From Lama glama (Eukaryota): 63,775 nucleotides of DNA. Positions 51,490-63,775 of the stretch are shown here, piece by piece. The notes under the pieces were generated by a model that was not told the DNA's origin, made no database searches, and saw only the letters and a program-made list of their open reading frames with translations. The position numbers and the translations under genes were made by a program. Position 1 is the stretch's first letter; every line of letters begins with the position of its first letter. The stretch lies in contig CM052817.1 in assembly GCA_028534125.1 (NCBI GenBank), positions 28,026,001 through 28,089,775 on the forward strand, in the 5' to 3' direction.

Positions 51490-53089
51490 ACTCACACCCA
51501 AGAACAATCTATTTAATATGTCTGTGTGTGTGTGTGTATCCCATTAACAACCCATCAGCAAAATTGACAACATACTCATACAAGAAATGACAACAGTCTC
51601 TTACACAGAGAACATTGCATGATGTAGTGTGACCTTTCCCAAGTTGTGTTAATTGCTTTATCCACAATGGCAAGAGTATTCTGCCTAACTCGTTTCTGAA
51701 AAACCATTCATTTCCTGATTGCTGGAAATCACGTATATTTTTATTGGCTCAGAACCCTGGTTGAAGTTGAGAGTGTTGTACTAATCTGCATGGACTTGAT
51801 TTCAAAGACCTCTCAGATCTTCTCATCTTCCATTGTTGTGAGAGGCACAGTGTGCCAGCCCCTGGCAAGGAACTCTTGGTTCCAGCAACATGACCTTGTC
51901 ACAGAATCTGTAATACAATTCAGATGTCAGCAAGATCGCTTAAAAACTTTCAGGTCCTGTGACTACACTCCTGATGGACTTAGAAAGCGAGGGTTATTGA
52001 GGGACAGCTTTTCAAAGGACCAGATTTTATCATCCTTCACAAAGTATCCATGAATGCATAACATATGTGAGGTGTGAGCCAGGGTGCTAGGTTACAGAGA
52101 TACTTAATGCATTTGTGAAAGTAACCAGCAGTGTAACAAGATGACTGACACATAATGCCAAAAAGACAAAGAGCAACGACCACAAACATTAAGGGAAGGG
52201 GAGATTCCAAGAGCTGGGGTGATCAACCTAGTTGAGCTAGGTTTTGAAGTAGGGGTTAAGTCTGTAGCAATGAAAAGGAGACATCATTCCAGGTAGGAAT
52301 GCTTGGTATATAGTAAGTACTCAATAATGAGTTTCTAATGAATGATTAAGGTAAATGAGATGACAGAAGAGCCTCTATGTTTGGGGGAAACAAAAGAGAC
52401 TAATTTGTTGTGTGCAGGGAACTCATTGGGAATCTGTACACTTTAAACAGGTGAATTGTATGGTTTGTGAATTATACTTTAATAAAGCTGCTTAAAAAAT
52501 TGTCTCCAGATGTGTGAGCCACAAAAATGATCAAGTCCAGAAAGTCTAAAAGAGATGTCAGAACATATTCCTATCTTGATGTGTTTTCACTTACTAAGTA
52601 CCTGGTGTTGCCTGAGTTTGTTGTTGTTGGGGACACCAAGAATTAAGAATTGGTCCTCCTTAGGAGGAACTCATGGTTAACTAGGTGAGAGAGGCATGCT
52701 CACTACTTTTCTAATTTGTAATACACTTAGAAGTGCTTTGGGAACTTAACGGCCTGAAGGTAGTTGAAGGGGTGCCTGGGAATCCTGCTTCTGATTGCAA
52801 CTGAAGATTGTGAAGTTGAGAACTGTGCTGCCATGGAACACAGGTGCTGGACAACACTGGCTACTGTACTCTAAATTCTTTTGCAGAAACACAAAATAAT
52901 TGAGTAAAACAATCTTAAACTTTGATAATTACATCTTTTAGTTTAAAACTGAGGTTTAGATATAACATAAAATTCTATCAATTTGCAAAACTACCTGGTT
53001 GTTTTAAGAGAAGGTGATTATTGCCTTTGGTGCATAGTTTGTGTTACGTTGATTCAATGGATGGTGTATGGTTAAGAGATTATTATGTT

Positions 53090-53820
53090 ACTGGACTTGT
53101 AAGGCATTTTCCCCAAGTCTTCGCATCCTGATTGTTCTTTTTCTGTCACCGCCCACACCCTTCCAATGCATGAGCAAGTTCTGTAGGCTCAGTTTAAAAA
53201 CATGCACACTTAATTCTATTCACGTTTCACCTCTACCGCCTTGTACAGGCCACCGTCAGCATTCACCTGAAATGGACTCCTAAGTGACCTCCCTGCTTTT
53301 ACTTTTGTCACCCATTCATTGTTATTATGATGATTATTATTTTAGAACACCAATGAGTTTTATTATTATTTTAAAAACCAAATGAGTTAATGTCTATTAT
53401 TATTTTAAAGCACAAGTGATTTTTATTTTAATTATTTTAAGACACAAATGAGTTTATGCCATTTCCTAAGACTTCAGTGGCTTCCCATAGCACTTGGAGT
53501 GAAACCCAAACCCTTTCTGATCCTTCCTTGCCTGCCTCTCAGACTCCTCTCCTTCTGCCCCCTGTTTGGTCCATGGCCTCCCATTGTTTCAGCCCAGCCT
53601 GGCTAATATTGCCCCACTACCCCCAGTGCCAGCCACCTCCACGTTCCCTTATTCTCTTTCGCTCATAGCATTTATCTCTGAAGTTTTCCTGTTTGTTTAC
53701 CTGTTCATGATAAATAGGTCTTGCTGTATTTGTCTTACTTATTGCAGTTTATCTAACTTTAAGAACAGTGTCTGTCACATAGCACAGGATCAATAAATAT
53801 TTGTTGAATGAATGAATTAA
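53090..53820 (+). mobile_element. L2 remnant (other L2 relics near 5.3-5.4, 12.8-13.8 and 43.5-44.4 kb)
   Basis: Ends in the L2 tail caataaatatttgttgaatgaatgaa; internal ttcagtggcttccca..gcact motif. Confidence 0.7.
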
Positions 53821-54784
53821 CTGAAAAAATGTGTGTACTGTGAATGATCTGGTTCCCTAAGATTAGAGACTGGAAGTAAGTCAAAGAATAGGTAGCATTT
53901 TATTGGGATAGATAATAAGTTATACCCTTCCTAAGCATAAATGCTGGACTATATTACTTTGTCATGAAATAATTTAGAACATATTTGCTATGAAGTAATT
54001 GATATCAGAAAAATCTTCCGAGTACCATATTCGCTTTTATTAAAATCAAGTGATCAAACTTTAAAAACAAACTGACTTCAACCAAAATCTCTAAATTCAT
54101 TGCCACTGAGTAATCCAGTCACTTATTCTTACTCATAATGATAAAATCAATACTTTCCTTTCATGCCTGTAATTCATTTCTTATGACTCTATTACCATTC
54201 CCTTTTCAAACACATTAGCAAGGTTTTTACTTCTGAGTTATAATGTCTTTAAACATTGTTATCTTCTTCATATCCTGGGATTTTCCAACAAAAAAAAGTA
54301 CAATGGTTTTTTTCTTCACTGTAATTGAAAATACTTTGTTCCTGTTTAAATGAAACAAGGTTTAAAGTGTGAATTTTTTATTATATAAAAAGATTCTTAA
54401 TAGAAAACATTTAAAAATATCCTCCAGTATATTTAAAATAGTGTTCAATTCACACACAATTTTTTAGGAAAAACATTTACTGAAATTTTTTACTCAAAAA
54501 GTGAATGAACATTCAAGGCAAAACAGTCCTAGTGTTAAGATTTGACTTCAAACTTATTATTTCAGATTGATAAGAGACTGATTAAATGGCATGATTTTTA
54601 CTTTAAAATCTCCTTCCTACCAGAGCCAGGAAGTGAAAATTAATAGTTAACTAAAAGTGCCATTTCTTTTCCAAAAGTTAACAAACAACATTCCAGTAAT
54701 GCTGATCCTTTGTAAAATATTGTAAAATACTTTATGAACTTTATGGATAATATATTTAGTATAACATTTTCATTAATTTTGGCA

Positions 54785-54940
54785 TTTTAAAAAGCAGCTT
54801 TATTGAGATATAATTGACAAACAATAAACTTAACATGTTTAAACTATAGAATTTGACAAGTTTGGTGTCTACAAAGCCATCACTACATTCAAAATAATAA
54901 ACATATCCATCATTTCCAGAAGTTCGTCTTGCCCCTTGGT
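54785..54940 (-). mobile_element. L1MB-type 3' end
   Basis: cagctttattgagatataattgaca..caataaact...aacatatccatca. Confidence 0.75.
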
Positions 54941-57644
54941 ATGGTTCTGTACAACTAGAGATACTTCTTCTTCATACATTCAGTGCAATTTATTGAGTGC
55001 CCACCGTATTCTAGAGACTGTCCTGGGTATCTGAAATTGAATGGTCAGCTAAACCAATAGGTTCTGACCCATAAAAAATTATGACACTAATCAAATAGTT
55101 ATGTAAGTAAATAAATATAAAATCACAAGTGTATATCACACTCTAATGGAAAGGTAGTCTACACCTGTATGTATTGATTGTACCTCAAAGTATTTCTGGG
55201 CTCTCATACATGTATCTGGAATGCTTCAGAAATATTTATACGTACCTTTGTAATATATCTGAAAATGCACAATAACAATTTGTTTCTATTGGATGTTACG
55301 GCTTTTATCTTGAAAATGGTGTCCATATTTCTTATATGGAAAGAATTGCCAGTGAAGACTGGAAATTATTTATAATTTATTTCTTTGTTGTTAACCAGAA
55401 AGCCAATATTAGAAATGAAAAAAAAAAAAACTCCTGAGAAAAATCTTGCTTTTTTTTTTCTTTTTTGCTGTGTCGTATTAGGTGTTATTTCAAGGGAGGA
55501 GAGGTGATAATAATGAGGTAAAAGTACAGAAAGAGGAATTTTTATCAAAAATTGAGTACAGCAGCAAATGAGATAAATAAATATGGTTATCAAATACAAT
55601 TTTGTAATTCCATGACTCTTAATTTGGAAAGAATGCCAGGCTTAAACAAGATGGTGTCCTGATTAATTGAAAAAAGCCATAGCTTTCAAATATGAAACAT
55701 TTACCAATTGTACTTGGCCCACTTGGGTGATATATTCTCTTCTCAGGTTCATAATTCACTGCAGCGTTTAGCAGATTTACTGGAAGATCACAATGTTGTT
55801 GTTTTTTTCCCCTCTGACCCCCCCAAAATCTCAGAAACACCATCTGCCAGAAAGAGGAATCATTTATCTCTTTGAACTCTGAGGAAATCTACCAAATGGA
55901 GAAAGAGAATCAATACTTAACCCAAGACTACATTTTAGTATTCACCCCAAAGAAAGAAGCCAGGGGGAAAAACACTATAAAGAAAAGCTGTAAATAAGAT
56001 GAACCAACTATAGATTGAAGACTTGTAGAAGCGGACGTATTGGAGGCTAAGAGCAAAGTGAGCTAGTGCCAAGTATGAGAGCAGAGGCTTGACCTTCTGC
56101 ATAGATCTGCTTGCCTATTCCAGCCTGACATGTCAGCTCCTCTGCCCTGCCTGTGCTCTCTTGTCTGTTTTTCATTCGATCTGAACTCTTAAAAATGATC
56201 TTTGCCTGTTAAGTTGGAACCTCTTTCCTCCTGTTCCTGAATCCAGGCTGTTCTGACTCCAGCTTGCTTCCCTGGCTTCCAGCAACCATATCCCCTGTAA
56301 CTGAAACAGCTGTAATCTGTTGCCTGCATAGCCCCTCAAAGTTTCCAGTGCCCCTTAATTCAGTTCCATGCCTGCATCTAGCCCCTGTTGGCTTCTCCTG
56401 ACTTACTTTTGATCTAAAATGACAGTGCAGGAGGAAAAGGGAGACCTATAGGTTGGGAAATACTGGGAAATAAATTTGAATAAGTACATAGGAACCAAAT
56501 TATGGAGGACCATGCAGATTGCAAAGGTGATGGCATGAATGCACAAGGTGAAAGGGAGTTACAGTTGTGGCTCTAGGACACAGGATAAAACTATGTTTTA
56601 ATAAGATTTTTTGTGGTGGTAATAGAATACGGAGCAAGGATTAGAAGTAAAGAGGTCAGGCTGAAGATGACAAAGATCTGTTCAATTAACAGAGGAAACG
56701 ATGTTTTAAAAACTCAAGCTTGAATATAACATGAGGCATTTTAGTAATACTTAGGATGCTATGAGTAAAGGACAATAGTCTGTTTATCTAAAAAAAAATC
56801 TTTTCTGTGTAGTTACTGATAGAAGTATAGCTATGGATACAGCTGTGTTTGATCATTTTAGATGCTGGGTTGATTTCTTATTGAACCAGAAATTCTGACA
56901 TTCAAGGAGGGGAGGTTACCTCTGTTACTTTCTTTGAGAGTCCTAAGTGTATGTTATATTTGAGCACAACTCAATTAGTGGAAGTGCTTTACCGATCTTT
57001 TAATGCTACTATAGCTTTTAGTAGTCTGAAAACAAAAGTTATGATTAATCTAAAAAGCTCATTGGTATCAATCCTAATATAATGAAAAAAATGAATCAGA
57101 AGACTCTATTTGCATCTCAGTTCTGATTATTCTAGTGATTGGATCTTGAGAATGTCATTAAAAAACCCAGTTAACATGCAGGCAAACGGATTAATATACA
57201 AGTTCTACCACTTACCCACTGGTACAACTTTGGCCAAGTCACCTGACTTCTCTGTGCCTCAATCTTCTTATCTGTAAAATGGAGAATAATTATACTACGT
57301 ATGCTATCAGAATGTTGTGAGAAGAACATAACATAATTTATTATGATGTACTGTACAAATTTTAGCTATTATTGTTTAGTGCACCCAACATGTTTTTCTA
57401 CTCTGAGTGACATAAAACTAAATGATTTTAGGTATTAGAAGCATTTTCCTCAATATTGCCTTTCTTTGTATAGTCAAATAACATATGTATACTTAATCTA
57501 TCATTCGTACGACAAATAGCAGGGATGTTGAATATGTAACTTTAATGCAGGATTCTATTTATTGGTTTCAAGAGACTTCTGGCAAGAATGCTCATTAGTA
57601 ATATTTATTAAAATCTTAAAACAAGTATGTGTACTTACATCCTT

Positions 57645-58030
57645 TAGAATAAAGTTTGACTGCATGTAATAGAAAACCCCAAATAACAGTGACTCATGCA
57701 AAGTGGAAGTTTATTCTTTGTCATATAAAAGAAGTCTGAAGATGGGCTCCATACTGGCATCAAGGATCTAGGGTCTTCCCTTTCGGTTCTGCTGTGCTGA
57801 CATATGGCTTCCATCCTCAAGGTCACCTCATGGTCCTAGCTGGCTTCTGGTGTGCCAGCCATAACATCCACACTGGGAGATGGGAAAAGGAATAAGGATA
57901 AAGAGACCCCACCATGCTGAGACAGAGCTCTTTACGTTGAAGTCTCCATAAAAGTTATGCTTATACCTTATTGGCTAGAACTTAGTCACATAGCCATACC
58001 TAGCTGAAAGGGAAGCTGGTAAATTTAGTT
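57645..58030 (-). mobile_element. MaLR LTR (MLT1J-like)
   Basis: gactgcatgtaatagaaaaccccaaataacagtgact...ttggctagaacttagtcacatagccatacctagctgaaagggaagctgg. Confidence 0.65.
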
Positions 58031-58439
58031 ATTTTGTTCAACTGGTAAGGGACCTAGAGAAAATTTGAGAGTCTGATGCCAATGAGAAAGGAAAGAATGC
58101 ATTTGAGGGTAGACAGCCAGCATTCTCTGGCTTTCCCATAAATATCAGAAATCATTCTCCAGGTTGCATTATTAAAATCCTGGAGTTCTTCATGGACATA
58201 ATCATGAAACTACATTCTGTTTAAATTGTGTTTTTAAATATTTATAAGAAAAAGAATTCATCTTATTTTAGAAACAGGCTTGATGAAATAGGTTTCAAAT
58301 TGCTGGGGGTTAGCAAAGAATTTATTAAATGCTAATTGAATATAATATTGAATAGAGTACAGTAGAAAATAGAGATAGAAGTTGATAAAGTAATAATTTA
58401 ATTAAGGTGACTTCCTGTTTCAAAGCAAATAAAATTTAA

Positions 58440-61130
58440 ACAATATACACCAGCAAATTGAACAACTGGGAAGAAATGGATAAATTCCTAGAAACGTACA
58501 ATTAACTGAGACTGAATCATGAAGAAATAGAAAATCTGAACAGAGTGATTACTAGCAAGGAGATTCAATCAGTAATCAAAAACCTCCCAACAAATAAAAG
58601 TCCAGGGCCAAACTGCTTCACTGATGAAGTCTATCAAACATCCAAGTAAGAACTGATACTAATTGTTCTAAAACTCTTCCAAAAGATAGAAGAGGGGGAA
58701 CTCTTCCACACACATTTTAGGAGGCCAAATTTACCCTGATACCAAAAACTGGACAAGGAAGCCACAAAAAAAGAAAATAATAGCCAATATCTCTGATGAA
58801 CTTAGATGCAAAAATCCTCAGCAAAGTCTTAGCACACTGAATTTAGCAATACATCAAAAGGACTGTACAACATGATCAAATGGGATTTATTTCCCAGATG
58901 TAAAATGGTTCAATGTTTGCAAATCAGCCGGTGTGACACACCATGTTAACAAAATGAAGGATTAAAATTATATGATCTCAACAGATGCAGAAAAAGCATT
59001 TGACAAAATTTAACATCCATTTTATGATGAAAACTTTCAACAAACTCGGTATAGAGGGAACGTACTTCAGTATAATAAAGAGTATATATGACAGTCCCAC
59101 AGCTAGCAGCATACTCAACAGTGACAAGCTGAAAGCTTTTCCTTGAAGATCTGGAGCAAGACAAGGCTGTCTACTCTCACCACTTTTATTCAAGATAGTG
59201 TTGGGAGTCTTAGCCAGAACAATTAGACAAGAACAAGAAAGAAAAGGCATTCAAATTGGAAAGGAAGAGGTAAAATTGTCAACATTTGCAGATGACATGA
59301 TATTATAGATAGAAAACCCTGAAGACTTCATCAAAAAATGTTAGAACTAGTGAATAAATTCAATGAAGTTGCAGGCTACAAAATAAATACACAAAAATCA
59401 GTTGCATTTCTTCATACTAGTAACAGTCTATCAGAAAGAGAATTTTTAAAAACCAGTCCCAGTTATAATTGCATCAAAAAGAATAAAATACCTAGGAATA
59501 AATTTTCACCAGGCAAGTGAAAGACCTGTATATTGAAAACTACAAGACATTAATGAAAGACATTGAGGAAGAACATAAATAAATGAGAAGACATTCTGTG
59601 CTCATGAATGGGAGACTTAAATTGTTAAATTGTTCATACTACCTGAAGCAAAATACAGATTCAGTGTAATCTCTATCAAAATTCTGGTAGTATTTTTCAC
59701 AGAAATAGAACAACAATCCTGGCATTTGCGTGGAACCACTAAAGACCCCAAATAGCCAAAGCAAGCTTGAGAAAGAAGAGCAAAGCTGGAAATCACATTT
59801 CTTGGTTTCAAACTAAACTGTAGTAATTAAAACAGTATGATATTGGCATGAAAACAGACACACAGATCAATGGAACAGAACAGAGAGCCCAGAAATAAAC
59901 CCACACATGTGTGGTCAATTAATTTATGACAAAAGAGCCAAGAATATACAATGGCGAAAGGACAATTTCTTCAATAAATAGTGCTGGGAAAATTGGACAG
60001 CTACTTGCAAAAGAATGAAACTGGATCACTGTCTTAAATCATACACAAAAATTAACTCAAAATGAATTAAAGACTTGAGTGTAAGACCTGAAACCATAAA
60101 ACTTGTGGGAGGAAACACGGGCAGTAAGTTCCTTGGCATAGGTCTTGGTGACGATTTTTTGAATCTGACACCGAAAGCAAAAGCAATGAAAGCAAAAATA
60201 AACAAATGGGACTACGTCAAACCAAAAGGTTTATTGCACAGCAAAGGAGACCATCAACAAAATGAAAAGGCAGCCCATTGAGTAGGAGAAAACTAAAAAT
60301 CATATGTCTGATAAGGGGACTAATATCCAAAATATAAAAATAACTCATACAACTCAATAGCAAGAAAACAAACAGCTCAGTTAAAAAATGGACAGAAGAT
60401 CTGAATAGACATTTCCCCCCAAAGAGACAACAGGTGCATGAAAAGACGCTGAACATCATTAATCATTGGGGAAATGCAAGTCAAAATCATAATGAGGTAT
60501 CACCTCACAGCTGTTAGAATGGCTATTATAAAAAGGACAAGAAATAACAAGTTTGCCAAGGAAATGGAGAAAGGGGAACCCTCATACAGCATTGGTGAGA
60601 GCGCAAATTGGTGCAACCACTGTGGGAAACAATATGCAAGTTCCTCAAAAAATTAGAAATAGAACTGCCATATAATCCAGCAATTCCACTTCTTGGTATT
60701 TATCTGAAGAAAACAGAAACACTAATTTGAAGGGCTATATGTACCCCTACTTTCATTGCATCATTGTTAACAATAGCTAAGATATGGAAACAACTTAAGT
60801 GACCATCAATGGATGAATGGATAAAGAAATTGCATATATATATATATGTATGATTGAATATTATTTAGCCATAAAAAGAATGAAAGTTTGCCATTTGTGA
60901 CAACACAAATGGAATTCCGGGACATTATGCTAAATGAAATAGGTCAGACAGAGAAAGACAAGTATCACATGATCTCTCTCATATACGGAACCCAAAAACA
61001 AACAAACAAATAATAAAACACAAGTTCATAGATACAGAGATCAGATTGGTGGTTGTAAGAGGTGGGGTGTTGTGAGGGGATAGGAGAAATAGGTGAACAA
61101 TTTTTTTTTATAAGTTTAAATAAAAAAAAC
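58440..61130 (+). mobile_element. ~2.7-kb 5'-truncated, decayed L1 (ORF2 RT and C-terminal domains)
   Basis: EEMDKFLE at ~58470, RQGC.LSP at ~59160 and FADDM (tttgcagatgacatg) at 59285. Multiple stops and frameshifts, so non-functional. Confidence 0.93.
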
Positions 61131-62846
61131 AGAGGTGAAAGATTCACAAAGCAATGAATAAAGTAAATGATAGAATAGAAAGATCTTCTGTTTAAGTTTT
61201 TTCTCTTTTTATATGAGAAAAGGGAAAAAGCAAAGAATTAGAGGTTTCTAAACCTCTAAAGAAAGGGCAATACTAACAGCATCATGGAAACATCAGCCTT
61301 CTGGTTCTGCACAGACGGCCCTGTGAGGGAAGAGGCTCATACCACGTTAGGGAGCTACCGTGGCCGTCTTACGATGAGAGTTTTCTGTGTTCTTGTGGAT
61401 GACTTTTGGATCCCCAAAAGATTATCCAAAGCAAATTTTATTTTTAAAAATTAATATTCAATGTGTTAAATTTATATGTTAAAACATAATTCTTTCTTAA
61501 GCTTTGAAATTCCACTTAATTTTATTCTACTTAAAAATTTAGCAGATTTTAAGAATTACTTTTAAGGAGGTGTTAATGTTTGATTCTGTTCACAAACTAA
61601 AACTCCCTTAAACATTGTAAACTATGCTTATGAGGTTGATACATTTTGTTTTCTTTTTAAGGTCTTTACTCACCTGAGAGAACCTTCCAAGTACTTAAGT
61701 AACCGTACCAGGATACATTTAGCTAATAAAAATATGTCTTAGGCTTTTAAAAATTTTTTTATACTGTTGGATTTCAACATAAAATCTTTGATTAAATCAA
61801 GTATCCAGTCTTAATTTGGAATCACAAGGATGAAATATCTTTGTAATAGGTGAAATTCTCTTAAATACATTGATTATTTCTAAACTTTACTAAAAACTAT
61901 TAGTGCTATAGGTTTGATTTACTTGATCATAGATACACTTAATTCTCCAGGTTTAAAGCTAATAATTCTCTTAGAAACAGTTATGTCATCCAAACAGGTT
62001 TAGGCTTAGCATCCCAAGCACTTTTGGAGGTTATACTCACAATTGGCTGAGGCTGAATATTAACCAGAGATGTCGTCTAGGACATCTGAGCTCTAGAACT
62101 ACAGTTATCCTTGGAAGTTTTCTTACATCTTTGTCTGTCAGTGGAAGCCATCTCTAGATTCAAGTCATCCATTACCTAATACTTTACTCCATGTACAGAA
62201 GTCCACATTTGGTCCATTGAATTAAAATCAACTAATCTATTACTGTGTTACTCTACTTTACATTCTTTTCATATTGTTTCTGTTAGCATTAATGTGTATC
62301 GTTCTTTTGATGACATTGGGTTGGATTTTGTTTATTTTCCAAGGCGTTTCCTGATTGGTTCTGTTTAGTTTTAAAGTCTAAGCTTGCAGTTGGGAGACCG
62401 TGAACGAAGATGGAGAATTGGAATAGAAACAAATGGAGAAATGGAGGGGTGTCCTGAAGGGAGCATAGAGGGCAGATGCTAAGGCTGGTGATGAATTCTT
62501 ACAAAAGGAAACACTGAATAAAGACACCAGAGGCAAGGTGGAGCCCAGCGTTCCAAATCCTCACTCCTTATACCTCCTCCGCCAGCAACTCCCCAGCAGT
62601 TCTTATGGATAGATGATGATCTGTTCTCCTGCCGACTCCTAGAAGAACACACAACCCAAAATATTTATCTAGAGTAAGGTATAGAAAAGTTATAATTCCA
62701 GAGCATCCCCTGGGTCTTTTGGTGGCTAGAATTTGGCAAGCAAAGACAGACATCTCTATTGTTTGAAAAGATGGATTTATCTTACTCACCAACTGTCCCC
62801 TCTTTTGATTTGGAAATGGGAGGATGAATATGAGAGTAGTTAAATT

Positions 62847-63200
62847 AAACAATGAGGGTGCTAGGAGCACCCACCTCCTGTGCAGTTGAAAATCCATGTA
62901 TAACTTCTAACTCCCCCTAAACTTATTTACTAATAGGCTCCTGTTGACCAGAAGCTTTACTGATAATGTAAGCAACTGATTAATACCTATTTTGTATGTT
63001 CTACGTATACTTATATATATTTTATGCATTCATGACATACTTAAATTTTTCCTAATTTTTTGATATTTCTAGGCCATGTGATTGTGAGTTTTTTCAAATT
63101 ATTCCAAATCTCCCCCAATTTTTTACAATATATTAATTGAAAAACTCTTCATATAAGTGGACCTTTGCTGTTCAAAGCCATCTTGTTCAAGGGTCAACTG
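62847..63200. mobile_element. Tigger2-family deletion derivative
   Basis: Terminal gttcaagggtcaactg (Tigger2 TIR); internal gaaaatccatgtataactt..actccccc..aactta..tactaatag. Confidence 0.75.
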
Positions 63201-63345
63201 TGGTTGGAATGCACATTAATAAGGGAAAGAGCTGTCTCGTTGCTGAAAGAGGGACTGTGTAAAGATCTATTCAATTCTTGGGGAACTATCTCTTGTCTAG
63301 TATGAATCTATTCTGTATTGTCTCTGAAAATATCTCCGTGTTCTT

Positions 63346-63349
<4 letters not shown>

Positions 63350-63380
<31 letters not shown>
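63350..63380. repeat. (TG)n microsatellite
   Basis: About 15 TG units read directly. Confidence 0.95.
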
Positions 63381-63382
<2 letters not shown>

Positions 63383-63775
63383 GAAAAAGAGAGAGAGGTG
63401 CACAAGTTTGATATAGTTGCTATTTTGTAATTGAGCAGGAAGAAGGAGGAGGCATGTTGTTGTCTCGCACCACTGGGAGGGTGTCATACAAGGCACGTCC
63501 CTGAAGTACCACTATTCATCCATTTACAACCCTCCCCTCTGTTTATCTCATTCTGGACGGAGTTACTCTGTCTTTGGGAAACAAGTTACTAAGTCCAATG
63601 TATTGCACTGGTTTTGAGAGAATGAGAGTTTCCTTAAGTAGAAATGGAAGTTGGCACTGAAGGTCTAAGCATTTGGGGGAAAAAGGAAGAATGGAAAACA
63701 GGACAGGGAAACAAGTCTAGAAACAAGTGTGGCCTCAAACAGACTCCCTGTGAAGGGATTAAGCTATTTTTTTTT

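Noticed and set aside
1..63775. CRISPR arrays, operons or a novel defence/RT system
   Set aside because: No regular repeat-spacer arrays or gene-dense coding. The only RT-like sequence is decayed L1 ORF2 in a mammalian intron-rich locus.

Overview
Mammalian genomic DNA, most likely from a camelid, judged from tRNA-Ala-derived Vic-1-type SINEs and the young L1 3' UTRs. It contains two 500-N scaffold gaps. The only gene I can support is the 5' end of ATP8A1 (P4-ATPase phosphatidylserine flippase) on the minus strand: a CpG-island promoter (~48.7-50.2 kb) and coding exons 1-5 of 49, 115, 100, 99 and 46 nt. All junctions are GT-AG and join in frame; the gene continues past position 1. The rest is intron and upstream sequence full of L1, L2, MIR, SINE, MaLR LTR and DNA-transposon relics. 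Almost all ORFs in the track are noise, L1 fragments or N-gap artefacts. I see no novel multi-gene system. The best observations are small: (1) a ~45-bp retroposed 3' fragment of mature tRNA-Cys(GCA) with CCA, poly(A) and a 14-bp TSD, whose match breaks at the m1A58 position (42.8 kb); (2) an L1 insertion carrying an apparent ~110-bp 3' transduction inside a 17-bp TSD (41.8-42.2 kb); (3) a perfect nuclear-receptor DR4 in intron 5 (2968-2983); (4) an L1MC1-like 3' end nested inside another L1 (23.4-23.7 kb). Repeat family names come from recalled consensus motifs, not from a search.
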